Positions 26,960-36,168 of a stretch of 64,000 nucleotides of DNA are shown in pieces (the stretch's first letter is position 1; each line of letters begins with the position of its first letter). The DNA comes from Candidatus Iainarchaeum sp. GTDB lineage: Archaea; Iainarchaeota; Iainarchaeia; Iainarchaeales; JACQJH01. The position numbers were made by a program, and so were the translations under genes. Under the pieces are notes generated by a model that did no database searches, had not been told where the DNA came from, and worked only from the letters and a program-made list of their open reading frames with translations. The DNA is taken from NCBI GenBank assembly GCA_016205145.1, contig JACQJH010000001.1, positions 451,501 to 515,500 of the forward strand. Direction: 5' to 3'.

Positions 26960-28657
26960 TTGCGAGAGTTATGCCAAGTGATTCACTTTGGGTTCGCGAG
27001 TGATTCTTCTTCTGTAAACCTGCATAGCTTTCAGCACGCAAAAAAAGGCTCAATCTGCCCAACATTCAAGACCGTCCAGACATCAAACAGTTTTGATGCA
27101 ACCGGGTTTTTCGCAAAACTCTCCGATTACGGCAGGAAGGAAAACTGCATTTTGTTTGAAAGCGCGGACATAGTCAAAAAGTACGGCGAGCACAGCATCG
27201 GCTCCTCTTCGCCCTGCCTGAAAGTTTCCGGAAAAGGCGCGAAATTCGGGATTCTTGCCCTCAATGCGACCGGCGAAAGGTTCCTGAAATTCCTCCACAC
27301 CCGCCTGGGCTTCTGTGACAGTGTCAAATTCGCTAAAACGAAAATCTCCGGCTCGCTCAAGCCGAAAGCGCAGGGCGTTTCCGAGGAGGAAAGGCTGAAG
27401 CTGAAAACGCACGCCGACATTCTGCGGCAGATTGCTTTCGCATTGAAGCCAGCCGGCTTGGCCGTGCCATTCCCTGCTTATGCCGGCTTGTTCGGCGCGA
27501 TTTCCTATGACTTCATAGACCAGTTCGAGTTCCTGCCGAAAAACAGGGCAGACCCGCTCAAGGACCCGGATTACGAACTGTTCTTCCTTGACAATTTGTT
27601 CCACTGCAACCATGCAAAAAAAACTCTCACTTTCGTGGCAAATGCCCTGCTCTTTGACGGCACGAAAAAAGAAATGGAAAATGAAAAAACGCGCTGCCTT
27701 GCGAAAATCGCGGAAATGGAAGCCGCGCTCGCAATGCCCCTGCCAAAAAAACGCAGGTTCAAAACGCGCGCCGGCAATGCGCAAAAAATGTCAACCGACT
27801 GCGCAAAAAAAGATTTCATCAAAACCGTTGAAAAGTGCAGGGAAAACATCCTGGCGGGCGACGTTTTCCAGATAGTGCCCAGCCGCACAAGCATCGTTCC
27901 CTATTCCGCCGAGCCGCTGGACATTTATTCCGAACTCAAAAAACTCAATCCCTCGCCTTACATGTTTTTCGTGAATGCGAAAAGCGGCATCCTGCTAGGA
28001 AGCTCGCCGGAAACGTTTTTGCGCGTGCAGGCAAAGAATGGCAAAGGCGGAAAGTATGAAAAATCCGTTGAAATCCGGCCGATTGCTGGAACGAGGCCGC
28101 GGGGCAAAACCGAAGCAGAGGACGCGGCCTTTGAAAAAGAACTCCTCTCCGATGAAAAGGAACTGGCCGAGCACACGATGCTGATCGACCTGGCGCGCAA
28201 CGACGTGGCACGCGTTTCGATTCCCGGCACAAGGCGCGTTGAAACTCCGTATCATGTCGAAAAGTATTCGCACGTCCAGCACATTGTTTCAAACGTTCTT
28301 GGCACATTGAAGCCGGAGCTTGACTGCCTGCACGCTTATCTTGCAAGCATGAACATGGGCACTTTGACAGGCGCGCCCAAGGTGAAGGCAATGGAGTTGT
28401 TGCGCCGTTATGAGAAGACAAAGCGCGGCTTTTACGGGGGAAGCGTTGCCTATATCACTCCATCAGGAGAGCTTGACTCCGCAATCGTCATCAGGAGCGC
28501 GAGGCTGAAAAACGGCAAGGCGTTTGTGCGCGCCGGCGCAGGCATTGTCTTCGATTCGGTGCCGGAAAAGGAATTCGATGAAACCGGGCGCAAGGCGCAG
28601 GCCTGCCTGAATGCAATCGAAAGCGCGAACAAAAAAGCCGGGGCGGCGGGAAAATGA
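26960..28657 (+). CDS. trpE: Anthranilate synthase component I.
   Basis: Motifs LLESA..., IRPIAGTRPRG, LIDLARNDVARV and GAPKVKAMEL. The start codon is ambiguous (TTG 26960 or GTG 26978). Confidence 0.88.
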   Translation: MRELCQVIHFGFASDSSSVNLHSFQHAKKGSICPTFKTVQTSNSFDATGFFAKLSDYGRKENCILFESADIVKKYGEHSIGSSSPCLKVSGKGAKFGILALNATGERFLKFLHTRLGFCDSVKFAKTKISGSLKPKAQGVSEEERLKLKTHADILRQIAFALKPAGLAVPFPAYAGLFGAISYDFIDQFEFLPKNRADPLKDPDYELFFLDNLFHCNHAKKTLTFVANALLFDGTKKEMENEKTRCLAKIAEMEAALAMPLPKKRRFKTRAGNAQKMSTDCAKKDFIKTVEKCRENILAGDVFQIVPSRTSIVPYSAEPLDIYSELKKLNPSPYMFFVNAKSGILLGSSPETFLRVQAKNGKGGKYEKSVEIRPIAGTRPRGKTEAEDAAFEKELLSDEKELAEHTMLIDLARNDVARVSIPGTRRVETPYHVEKYSHVQHIVSNVLGTLKPELDCLHAYLASMNMGTLTGAPKVKAMELLRRYEKTKRGFYGGSVAYITPSGELDSAIVIRSARLKNGKAFVRAGAGIVFDSVPEKEFDETGRKAQACLNAIESANKKAGAAGK

Positions 28658-29034
28658 CTGCAATTATTAACCTGTCTTTTGATGAAGCTATGGCAGTTTA
28701 TGAGGAAGTCATGCTTGCAACGGATTCGAAACCGGCTGTCAGGATTTCCGGCACTTTGGAGCACATCCTGCTTTCATGCGAGAATTCGTTTAACGGCGAA
28801 AATGATGCCTTGTTTTTCAAGGCGGCTTTTTTGCTAAAGGAAATAATTTCAAAGCACCCTTTTATGGATGGAAACAAGCGCGGCGCTCTGGCCATAACCG
28901 ATGCTTTTCTGAGCCAAAACGGACAATTTTTGGAGTTTGAAAGGCAGGATGTGGCATTTTTGGAAGAAATAGACTTCAAAAAACTGCGGGTTGGCACGAT
29001 AAAAAAATTTTTGGAGAAAAAGGTGAAAGTCTAA
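28654..29034 (+). CDS. doc: Doc (death-on-curing)/Fic-fold toxin family protein.
   Basis: The KHPFMDGNKRGALA motif matches HPFx[DE]GNKR. The protein is 126 aa. Its ATG overlaps the trpE stop (ATGA). Confidence 0.7.
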   Translation: MTAIINLSFDEAMAVYEEVMLATDSKPAVRISGTLEHILLSCENSFNGENDALFFKAAFLLKEIISKHPFMDGNKRGALAITDAFLSQNGQFLEFERQDVAFLEEIDFKKLRVGTIKKFLEKKVKV

Positions 29035-29168
29035 TGGCTCGCCAAAACCTTGTAAATTTCAATGTTCCTTTTGACTACTTTGCGGGCAACTTTCCTGAAT
29101 TTTTCGTCAGCCATATTAATATCTCTGCGATAAGTGCATTTAAACATTTGCAGGCGGCGGGAAAATGA
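29034..29168 (+). CDS. 44-aa ORF bridging doc and the next gene, with overlapping stop/start codons at both ends.
   Basis: TAATG overlap with the doc stop and ATGA overlap with the downstream start. It is not in the ORF track because it is under 60 aa. The protein is MARQNLVNFNVPFDYFAGNFPEFFVSHINISAISAFKHLQAAGK. Confidence 0.3.
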   Translation: MARQNLVNFNVPFDYFAGNFPEFFVSHINISAISAFKHLQAAGK

Positions 29169-29965
29169 GCAGCAAACAAAGAACACCGGTTTCACCCACA
29201 AGCCGGCTGAGAAATTTGATAGCCGATTCTTATTTCAGGGCGTCTCCTCGTGCCAAAACGGATTTGCGCACGGGGCTGAGTGAAGGCCACGGAGGGAGTC
29301 ATCCGGATTATCCGAACAGGGGCGCAATGAATGTTTTTGAGGTAATTGATGATGGGAAACCGTTAAGGGGCATTAGGAAAAGTTTCCAATTGGCTCTGCG
29401 TCTTGTGGCTGATTTCCATGGCCGGCCGGCAACTGGCATTTTGAGAATGGGCAAAGCAGGAATAAGGCGCAAAGTTAGCGGCGAAGCGGCACATCTTCTT
29501 CCGGGGCACGGGCTTGCCGGGCCACAATTTGTTGAGCAGAAGATTTTTGAAAATGTTCCGCCCGACAAACTTGAGCTTTTCATTGATATTGCCAGAAAAA
29601 ATAAGGGCGAGCCGTTGGCGAGGTTTCTGGAACGTGAAACGGTTTCCGGAATATATTCTGATGAGGAACGGGCAGCCCTTTGCGAAGGGTTTCCGACCGT
29701 CGGCAGGCTTTTGGCGGCCGTAAGGGCCGGTTTGCTTGTAAAGCTGACCGAACAGGCGATAGTAGAACTTGCATATGCGCACAGAGTGCAACTTCCGAAA
29801 CCGTTTACTGGCAGGCCCCTAAAAACGCACGTGATTTTGGAATATCTTGCGCCAAAATATCCTTCGCGCGAGGCGATGATTGCCGACATTGAACGGGTTG
29901 TGCAAGAAATTCCCGGGTACCAGTTTGTTGCCGAACTGGAAAGAGTTGAAGGTGAAAAAAGATGA
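29165..29965 (+). CDS. Hypothetical 266-aa protein, translationally coupled upstream to the 44-aa ORF and downstream to trpG. It is not TrpF.
   Basis: ATGA overlaps at both ends. No recognised domain. Its composition is somewhat AT-shifted relative to the trp genes. Confidence 0.4.
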   Translation: MSSKQRTPVSPTSRLRNLIADSYFRASPRAKTDLRTGLSEGHGGSHPDYPNRGAMNVFEVIDDGKPLRGIRKSFQLALRLVADFHGRPATGILRMGKAGIRRKVSGEAAHLLPGHGLAGPQFVEQKIFENVPPDKLELFIDIARKNKGEPLARFLERETVSGIYSDEERAALCEGFPTVGRLLAAVRAGLLVKLTEQAIVELAYAHRVQLPKPFTGRPLKTHVILEYLAPKYPSREAMIADIERVVQEIPGYQFVAELERVEGEKR

Positions 29966-30600
29966 GCAAAGGCAAAAGAGGAAAAGGCGCGCGAGGCAAG
30001 GGCATCAACGTTTTGTTCATCGACAACTTCGATTCTTTTACATACAATCTTGTGGACGAGTTTGCGAAACGCGGTTGCCGCGTGAAGGTTTTCCGCAACA
30101 ACATCGCCATCGCAAAAATCAAAAGCGAGGCGAAAAAGTTCAAGGCTCGGCTGATTGTCATTTCGCCCGGCCCCTCGACGCCGGAGCGCGCGGGCAATTC
30201 TATTGCGGTCATAAAAGAGTTTGCCGGAAAAATCCCGGTTTTCGGCGTTTGCCTTGGCCTGCAGGCAATGGTTGTTGCCTTCGGCGGAAAGGTTGCAAGG
30301 GCGCCTGAAACCGTGCACGGCAAGCCGTCTGACGTGGTGCATGACGGCAGAACCATTTTTGAAGGAATTACAAATCCTTTTTCGGCGGGAAGGTATCATT
30401 CCCTTTGCGCTGTCAAAGTGCCATCCTGCCTGCAGGTTTCGGCTTTGTCGGAGTCGAAAGTCGTCATGGCTTTGCGGCACGAAAAATCGGGGAAGACTTT
30501 CTGTGAGGGCGTTCAGTTCCATCCCGAAAGCATTTTAACGCAGGAAGGCGGAAAGATTATTGAAAACATAATTAAAATGGCAGAACGTGATGGCAGATGA
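29962..30600 (+). CDS. trpG: Anthranilate synthase component II (glutamine amidotransferase).
   Basis: Nucleophile elbow GVCLGLQ and the HPES motif. Confidence 0.9.
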   Translation: MSKGKRGKGARGKGINVLFIDNFDSFTYNLVDEFAKRGCRVKVFRNNIAIAKIKSEAKKFKARLIVISPGPSTPERAGNSIAVIKEFAGKIPVFGVCLGLQAMVVAFGGKVARAPETVHGKPSDVVHDGRTIFEGITNPFSAGRYHSLCAVKVPSCLQVSALSESKVVMALRHEKSGKTFCEGVQFHPESILTQEGGKIIENIIKMAERDGR

Positions 30601-31613
30601 TCCGTGACAGCCTTTCAAAACTGGTTGAGCGCAAAAGCCTTTCCGATGCGGAAATGCAGGTATGCGTTTCGGAAATGATGATGGGTGAAGCCACGCCGGG
30701 CCAGATAGGCGCGTTCCTCGCGGCAATGCGCATGAAACCTGAAAGTGCCGGGGAAGTCGCTTCCGCAATGATGGCGATGCGCAAATTCATGGTTCCGGTG
30801 AAACCCAAAACAACCGAACCGCTTTTGGACATTGTGGGCACGGGCGGCGATGCCGTGAAGACTTTCAATGTTTCGACGTGCGCGGCAATCATTGCAAGCG
30901 CTGCAGGCTGCAGGGTTGCAAAGCACGGCAACCGCTCTTTCACAAGCAAATGCGGCTCCGCGGATGTTTTGGAAGCTTTGGGCGTCAAGGTCGGCCTCGA
31001 TGCGGAAAAGTGCGCGGAAATGATTGACAGGATCGGAATAGCGTTCATGTTTGCCCCGACGCATCATCCTGCAATGAAGTTTGCCGGCCCTGTGCGCAAG
31101 GAAATCGGTTTCAGGACAATCTTCAACCTGCTCGGCCCGCTCACAAACCCGGCAATGGCGCAGACAATGGTTGTCGGCGTGTACGAAAAGGAACTGGTTG
31201 AAAAGACAGCCAATGTTTTGAAAACTGTCGGAGTGGAGCACGCGCTTGTATTGCACGGCCTGGACGGATTGGACGAGTTTTCGACTGTCGGGCAGACTTT
31301 TGTCGCCGAGCTTTCAGGCAAAAAGATTTCAACCAAGACTTTTTCGCCTAAGGATTTCGGCTTCAAAAAGGCGAAAGCGCAGGACATTGCCGGCGGTTCG
31401 GCTGAAGAGAATGCCAAAATAATTCTCGCAACCCTGAGCAACGAGGAGAAGGGAGCGAAGCTTGACATTGTCTTGTTGAATGCGGGCGCCGGCATTTTCG
31501 TGAACGGAAAGGTGAAAAGCGTGAAGGAAGGCGTTGCGGTGGCAAGGCAGGCAGTCGAATCGGGTGCTGCGCTGAAAAAGCTGGGGCAATTAAAGGAGTT
31601 GTCGAACAGATGA
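30597..31613 (+). CDS. trpD: Anthranilate phosphoribosyltransferase.
   Basis: GTGGDAVKTFNVST and the KHGNRSFTSKCGSADVLEALG motif. Confidence 0.9.
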   Translation: MIRDSLSKLVERKSLSDAEMQVCVSEMMMGEATPGQIGAFLAAMRMKPESAGEVASAMMAMRKFMVPVKPKTTEPLLDIVGTGGDAVKTFNVSTCAAIIASAAGCRVAKHGNRSFTSKCGSADVLEALGVKVGLDAEKCAEMIDRIGIAFMFAPTHHPAMKFAGPVRKEIGFRTIFNLLGPLTNPAMAQTMVVGVYEKELVEKTANVLKTVGVEHALVLHGLDGLDEFSTVGQTFVAELSGKKISTKTFSPKDFGFKKAKAQDIAGGSAEENAKIILATLSNEEKGAKLDIVLLNAGAGIFVNGKVKSVKEGVAVARQAVESGAALKKLGQLKELSNR

Positions 31614-32389
31614 CTTCCGTCAATTTTTTGGAAGGCATTGTTTCGGCTAAAAAGCGCGAGCTTTGCCTGAAAAAGGAGAAGCTTCCGTTCGAGCGCATGA
31701 AGAAAGCCCTCAATCCTGCGGAAAAGGATTTTAAGGCCGCGATCGAGGGCAAGCAGAAAATCTCCCTTGTCGCGGAAATCAAGATGGCGTCACCTTCGGC
31801 GGGAACGCTTTTGCAGGGCGCATCCCCCGTAGAGATTGCGGCGCTTTACGCAAAATACGCCGACGCGGTTTCATTTGTTTCTGACAAATCTTATTTCAAG
31901 GGCAACATCGCGGATTTGCCGAAAGTCTCATCGGTTTCCGGCCTGCCAGTGCTGATGAAGGACTTCATAATAGACGAGTACCAGATTCTGGAAGCGCGCT
32001 TTTTCGAAGCGGATGCGGTTCTGCTGATTGCGTCCATGCTGAAAACCGAAACCCTTGCCGATTTCATTTCAACCGCTGAAAGGCTTTCAATGCATTGTGT
32101 TGTAGAGGTGCATTCGCGCTCCGAACTTGACAAGGCGCTTGAGGCCGGCGCGGAAATAATCGGCATCAACAACCGCAACCTCACGGACTTTTCAATCGAC
32201 ATGAACACGACAAAAAACCTTGCGCCGTTCGTGCCCAAGAAAAAGGTCGTCATTTCGGAATCCGGTTTTTCTTCAAGGCATGATGTTGAAAAGTTCCGCG
32301 GCGAAATCGACGCAATCCTTGCCGGAACCGCCATACTCAAGGCGCAGGACAGGGAAGCAATGCTGAAGGAGCTTTCAGGAAGGCAATGA
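31610..32389 (+). CDS. trpC: Indole-3-glycerol phosphate synthase.
   Basis: EIKMASPSAG and the TIM-barrel pattern. It overlaps the trpD stop. Confidence 0.87.
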   Translation: MTSVNFLEGIVSAKKRELCLKKEKLPFERMKKALNPAEKDFKAAIEGKQKISLVAEIKMASPSAGTLLQGASPVEIAALYAKYADAVSFVSDKSYFKGNIADLPKVSSVSGLPVLMKDFIIDEYQILEARFFEADAVLLIASMLKTETLADFISTAERLSMHCVVEVHSRSELDKALEAGAEIIGINNRNLTDFSIDMNTTKNLAPFVPKKKVVISESGFSSRHDVEKFRGEIDAILAGTAILKAQDREAMLKELSGRQ

Positions 32390-32440
32390 TTGGAGAATTC
32401 GCGGATGAAGAATTCGTGAATGAAGGATATTTGAAACTGG

Positions 32441-33637
32441 ATGTTGGTTTTGATGGCTGGGATCGGCAGGTTTGGAAAGTTCGGCGGCATTTTCGTGCCG
32501 GAAACCCTTATGCCGGCGTTGGAGGAATTGCAGGCGGCGTTTTCAAAGTATTCGAAGGACAAGGCTTTCAACCGCGAGCTTGATTATCTGCTTAAAGAAT
32601 ATGCTGGCAGGCCCACGCCGTTGACTTTCGCGGACAACCTTTCAAAAATCGTCGGGGCGAAAGTTTACCTGAAGCGCGAGGACCTGCTGCATACGGGCGC
32701 GCACAAGCTCAACAATGCTTTGGGGCAGGCCCTGCTTGCAAAGCGCATGAAAAAATCCAGGCTTATTGCGGAGACCGGCGCTGGCCAGCACGGCACGGCT
32801 GTCGCGACCGCGGGTGCAAAACTGAAATTCAAGACCGAAATTTTCATGGGCGAGGTTGACATTGAAAGGCAGAAGCCGAACGTTTTCCGGATGAAACTGC
32901 AGGGGGCAAAGGTTGTTCCGGTTTCAAGCGGGGGAAAAACCCTCAAGGACGCGATCAACGAGTGTTTGCGCGACTGGGTTGCAAGTTCCGGGTACACGCA
33001 TTACCTTCTCGGTTCGGCTTTGGGCCCGCATCCTTTTCCGGGCATGGTTGCGCATTTCCAGAGCGTCATTGGCAAGGAAGCCAGACGGCAGATTTTGAAA
33101 GCCGAGGGCAGGCTTCCGGATTCGGTTGTGGCGTGCGTGGGCGGCGGCTCGAACTCAATCGGCATTTTCAGGGAATTCCTGAAAGACAAAAAGGTCGGCC
33201 TGCTCGGAGTCGAGGCCGGCGGCCTGGGCATTGAAACCGGAAAGCATGCCGCGCGGTTTGCTGACAAAAAGCTGGGCAGGCCCGGCGTTATCCACGGCAC
33301 TTACACTTACGTTTTGCAGGACAAGTTCGGGCAGATTTACAACACGCATTCCGTGAGCGCGGGCCTGGATTACAGCGCTGTCGGCCCTGAACATTCGCTC
33401 TTGAAGGAAGCGGGCAGGGCAAAGTATTCTTACGCTACTGACCGGCAGGCATTGAATGCGTTCAAGGTCTTGTCGGAAGAAGAAGGAATCATTCCGGCTT
33501 TGGAAAGCGCGCACGCTGTCGCGTACCTGCTCAACCACAAAAACGAGTTCAAGGGCAAGACCGTTGTCTTGAATCTTTCCGGCCGCGGAGACAAGGACAT
33601 TTTCCACGCGGCAAAACAACTGGGTGAGGAAATTTGA
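32441..33637 (+). CDS. trpB: Tryptophan synthase beta chain.
   Basis: [13 protein letters not shown] and the PLP-Lys motif [13 protein letters not shown]. Confidence 0.92.
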   Translation: MLVLMAGIGRFGKFGGIFVPETLMPALEELQAAFSKYSKDKAFNRELDYLLKEYAGRPTPLTFADNLSKIVGAKVYLKREDLLHTGAHKLNNALGQALLAKRMKKSRLIAETGAGQHGTAVATAGAKLKFKTEIFMGEVDIERQKPNVFRMKLQGAKVVPVSSGGKTLKDAINECLRDWVASSGYTHYLLGSALGPHPFPGMVAHFQSVIGKEARRQILKAEGRLPDSVVACVGGGSNSIGIFREFLKDKKVGLLGVEAGGLGIETGKHAARFADKKLGRPGVIHGTYTYVLQDKFGQIYNTHSVSAGLDYSAVGPEHSLLKEAGRAKYSYATDRQALNAFKVLSEEEGIIPALESAHAVAYLLNHKNEFKGKTVVLNLSGRGDKDIFHAAKQLGEEI

Positions 33638-34461
33638 AAAAAACAGGGGAAACGCGCGAAACGCGCTTTGAAAAAAGGTTTTCTGAATTGCGCTCGGCCG
33701 GGCGGCATGCCTTTGTGCCGTTCGTGGTTTTGGGCGACCCGGATTTTGAAACCTCGCTTGAAATAATCAGGACGCTGATTGCTTCCGGCGCTGATGCCCT
33801 TGAATTGGGATTTGCCTTCTCCGACCCGATTGCCGACGGCCCCGTGATTCAGGAAGCCGACCAGCGAGCGCTCGCATCCGGCATGGACACAGACAGGAAT
33901 TTCGAACTGTTGAAAAAAATCCGTTTGCTTGACGCGGAAATTCCAATCTCGCTGCTAATCTATTCAAATCTTATCCTGCAATTCGGCATTGACCGGTTTT
34001 ACAAAAATTGCGCGGAATGCGGCGTTGACGCGGTTCTCGCGTCAGACGTTCCAGTCGAGGAATCGAAGCCGTTCCTTGCCTGCGCGAAAAAATTCGGAGT
34101 GCACCAGATTTTTTTGGTCACGCCGAATGAAACCGAATCGAGGCTGAAAAAAATCCTCGCGGTCTCAAACGGTTATGTTTACGTTGTAGCGGTTCTTGGC
34201 GTTACCGGCGCGCGCGAAAACGTGCAGTCCGTGGCAAAGGGCCTGCTGCAAAAACTGGCAAAAAAAACAAGGCTGCCACTGCTCGTGGGATTCGGCATTT
34301 CGAAGCCGGAGCATGTGCGGGAAATCATTGCGTCCGGCGCGGACGGCGCGATTGTCGGCAGCGCAATCGTCAGGAAAATCGGCGAAAACCTTTCTGACAG
34401 GGAAATGCTTTTGCGTGAACTTAAGAAATTCGCCTCCAGTCTGAAAAGTGCTTCGCTCTGA
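33634..34461 (+). CDS. trpA: Tryptophan synthase alpha chain.
   Basis: The start overlaps the trpB stop. Motifs [11 protein letters not shown] and LVGFGIS. Confidence 0.87.
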   Translation: MKKTGETRETRFEKRFSELRSAGRHAFVPFVVLGDPDFETSLEIIRTLIASGADALELGFAFSDPIADGPVIQEADQRALASGMDTDRNFELLKKIRLLDAEIPISLLIYSNLILQFGIDRFYKNCAECGVDAVLASDVPVEESKPFLACAKKFGVHQIFLVTPNETESRLKKILAVSNGYVYVVAVLGVTGARENVQSVAKGLLQKLAKKTRLPLLVGFGISKPEHVREIIASGADGAIVGSAIVRKIGENLSDREMLLRELKKFASSLKSASL

Positions 34462-34587
34462 CAAAAATTTGCTTTAAAAACCCTTGCCAGAAAAATTTTT
34501 CTAATCGGTTATCGCAGGCTGTCGCAGGCAGAGGGTTTGAGCGTAGCGAGAACCCTCAACGTCGCACCCGCCGGGCGATGACGGCGA

Positions 34588-34660
34588 GGGCCTGTAGCTC
34601 AGCTGGTAGAGCGCCGCATTCGCATTGCGGAGGCCACGGGTTCGAATCCCGTCGGGTCCA
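34588..34660 (+). tRNA. tRNA-Ala (anticodon CGC) with the G3:U70 identity pair. No CCA is encoded.
   Basis: Cloverleaf GGGCCUG/CGGGUCC acceptor, anticodon loop UUCGCAU, TUC loop TTCGAAT, discriminator A. Confidence 0.85.
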
Positions 34661-34662
34661 AA

Positions 34663-34790
34663 CACGCGCTTTCGATCGCGTGTGCCGAAACCAAGGCGTA
34701 TCACTGTCGTGATACGCCGGGTAAGCAAAAACGCGCTTTCAGCGGGACCGAAACCAAGGCGTACCGATGCTGCAGTTAACCGCGCGGGCT
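34663..34790 (+). repeat. Conserved tRNA-trailer structured module (copy A, with a degenerate second repeat): hairpin + GCCGAAACCAAGGCG + hairpin + CGCCGGGTAAGC.
   Basis: The same module with compensatory stem changes follows tRNA-Ser(UGA) and tRNA-Ser(GGA), and occurs at 51366. Confidence 0.5.
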
Positions 34791-34800
34791 TGATTGTGAA

Positions 34801-36048
34801 TCAGGTTTTTGCAATCGCGTTTTCAAGTTCCGCAATCAAATCGTCCGCATTTTCTATTCCCACGCTCAGCCTCAGCAGGCCGTCGGTGATTCCTTTCCTT
34901 TTGCGCTCTTCCGGCGGCAGGGAACTGTGCGACATTGTCGCGGGGTGGCTGACCAGGCTTTCGACTCCGCCCAGGCTTTCGCCGTAGGTCCAGATGTGCA
35001 GATGTTCAACGAGTTTTTCCGCTGCCTTCAGCCCGCCTTTGAGCTCGAATGAAACCATTCCGCCGGATCCGGTCTGCTGTTTTTTTGCAAGGCCGTGCTG
35101 TGGATGCCCTGCCAGGCCTGGGTAATGCACTTTTTCCACTTTCGCGTTGCCTTCGAGGAATTCCGCGACTTTTTGCGCGTTCTTGTTGTGCTGTTCCATT
35201 CTCAGGTGCAGGGTTTTCAGGCCCCTCAATGCAAGGAAGCATTCCATCGAAGCCATTATGCCGCCGGTCGCGCGCGCATTGAACCGCAGGTTTTCTATGA
35301 GCTCCAAATCATCCGAGCTGATGCTGCCGCCGACCACGTCATTGTGCCCGGCATAGTATTTTGTGAGGCTGTTCAAGACAATGTCTGCGCCGAATTTTTT
35401 TGGCTTCTGGAAATGCGCGGTCAGGAAAGTGTTGTCCACAAGCAATGGAATGCCGCGGCGTTCACAGGTTTCCTTCATCGCCTTGATGTCGACAAGCTTC
35501 AGCATTGGGTTTGTGGGTGTTTCGACAAAAACAAGCTTTGTGTTCGGCTTGAGGCTTTTTTCAAGATTTTCGGGTTTTGTCAAATCAACGAAGTCGGCCT
35601 GCGCCCCGAACTTGTCCAGGACGCGCTTTGTCAGCCTGTAGAACCCGCCGTAGCAGTCGTCGTTGAAAATGATGTGGTCCTTGTTCGAGAGCGTGTGGAT
35701 CAGTGCCAATGACGCGGCAATGCCCGAGCCGAAGCAGACGCTTTGCCCGTAGCCTTCAAGATGCGACATCGCCTTTTCAAGAACCTCGCGCGTCGGCGTT
35801 GACATCCTGCCGTATTCGAAGCCGTGCGGCCTGCCGATGCCGGCCTGCCTGTAAGTTACGGCCTGGTGGATGGGCGTGCAAATTGCCCCCGTTGCGGCGT
35901 CCTGCTGGTTGCCGCCATGCACGCACAAGGTCTCGAAGCCCAGCTTCTTTTCCTCGCCCTTCCCAATCACGTCAAGTGTGTACGCCATCGAAGAAAACCC
36001 TCTGCTTACAGAAACCCCCTTTATTCTTTTTATAATAATTGTTGACAT
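34801..36048 (-). CDS. Cys/Met-metabolism PLP-dependent enzyme (cystathionine gamma-synthase/beta-lyase/O-acetylhomoserine sulfhydrylase family).
   Basis: The PLP-lysine motif is NSLTKYYAGHNDVVGG. The likely true start is the internal MAYTLDVIGK. Confidence 0.82.
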   Translation of the reverse strand: MSTIIIKRIKGVSVSRGFSSMAYTLDVIGKGEEKKLGFETLCVHGGNQQDAATGAICTPIHQAVTYRQAGIGRPHGFEYGRMSTPTREVLEKAMSHLEGYGQSVCFGSGIAASLALIHTLSNKDHIIFNDDCYGGFYRLTKRVLDKFGAQADFVDLTKPENLEKSLKPNTKLVFVETPTNPMLKLVDIKAMKETCERRGIPLLVDNTFLTAHFQKPKKFGADIVLNSLTKYYAGHNDVVGGSISSDDLELIENLRFNARATGGIMASMECFLALRGLKTLHLRMEQHNKNAQKVAEFLEGNAKVEKVHYPGLAGHPQHGLAKKQQTGSGGMVSFELKGGLKAAEKLVEHLHIWTYGESLGGVESLVSHPATMSHSSLPPEERKRKGITDGLLRLSVGIENADDLIAELENAIAKT

Positions 36049-36168
36049 GATTATTCAAATGTGAATTTAGGCTTTTGAATCCGCTTTGCCGGAGCCCCGC
36101 GCCGGGGAAAAAGCTTTTTATTACCTTTAACCCTTATTCTGTCAAAATTTTTTTAGTTTGGTGGTGGT

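Noticed and set aside
29165-29965. Possibility that the 266-aa gene is trpF
   Set aside because: There are no PRAI TIM-barrel motifs, and the size and composition are wrong. It is kept as a hypothetical.
29308-30522. 404-aa antisense ORF across trpG and the 266-aa unknown
   Set aside because: It overlaps trpG, which has clear GATase motifs. The plus-strand genes are translationally coupled, which supports the plus strand.
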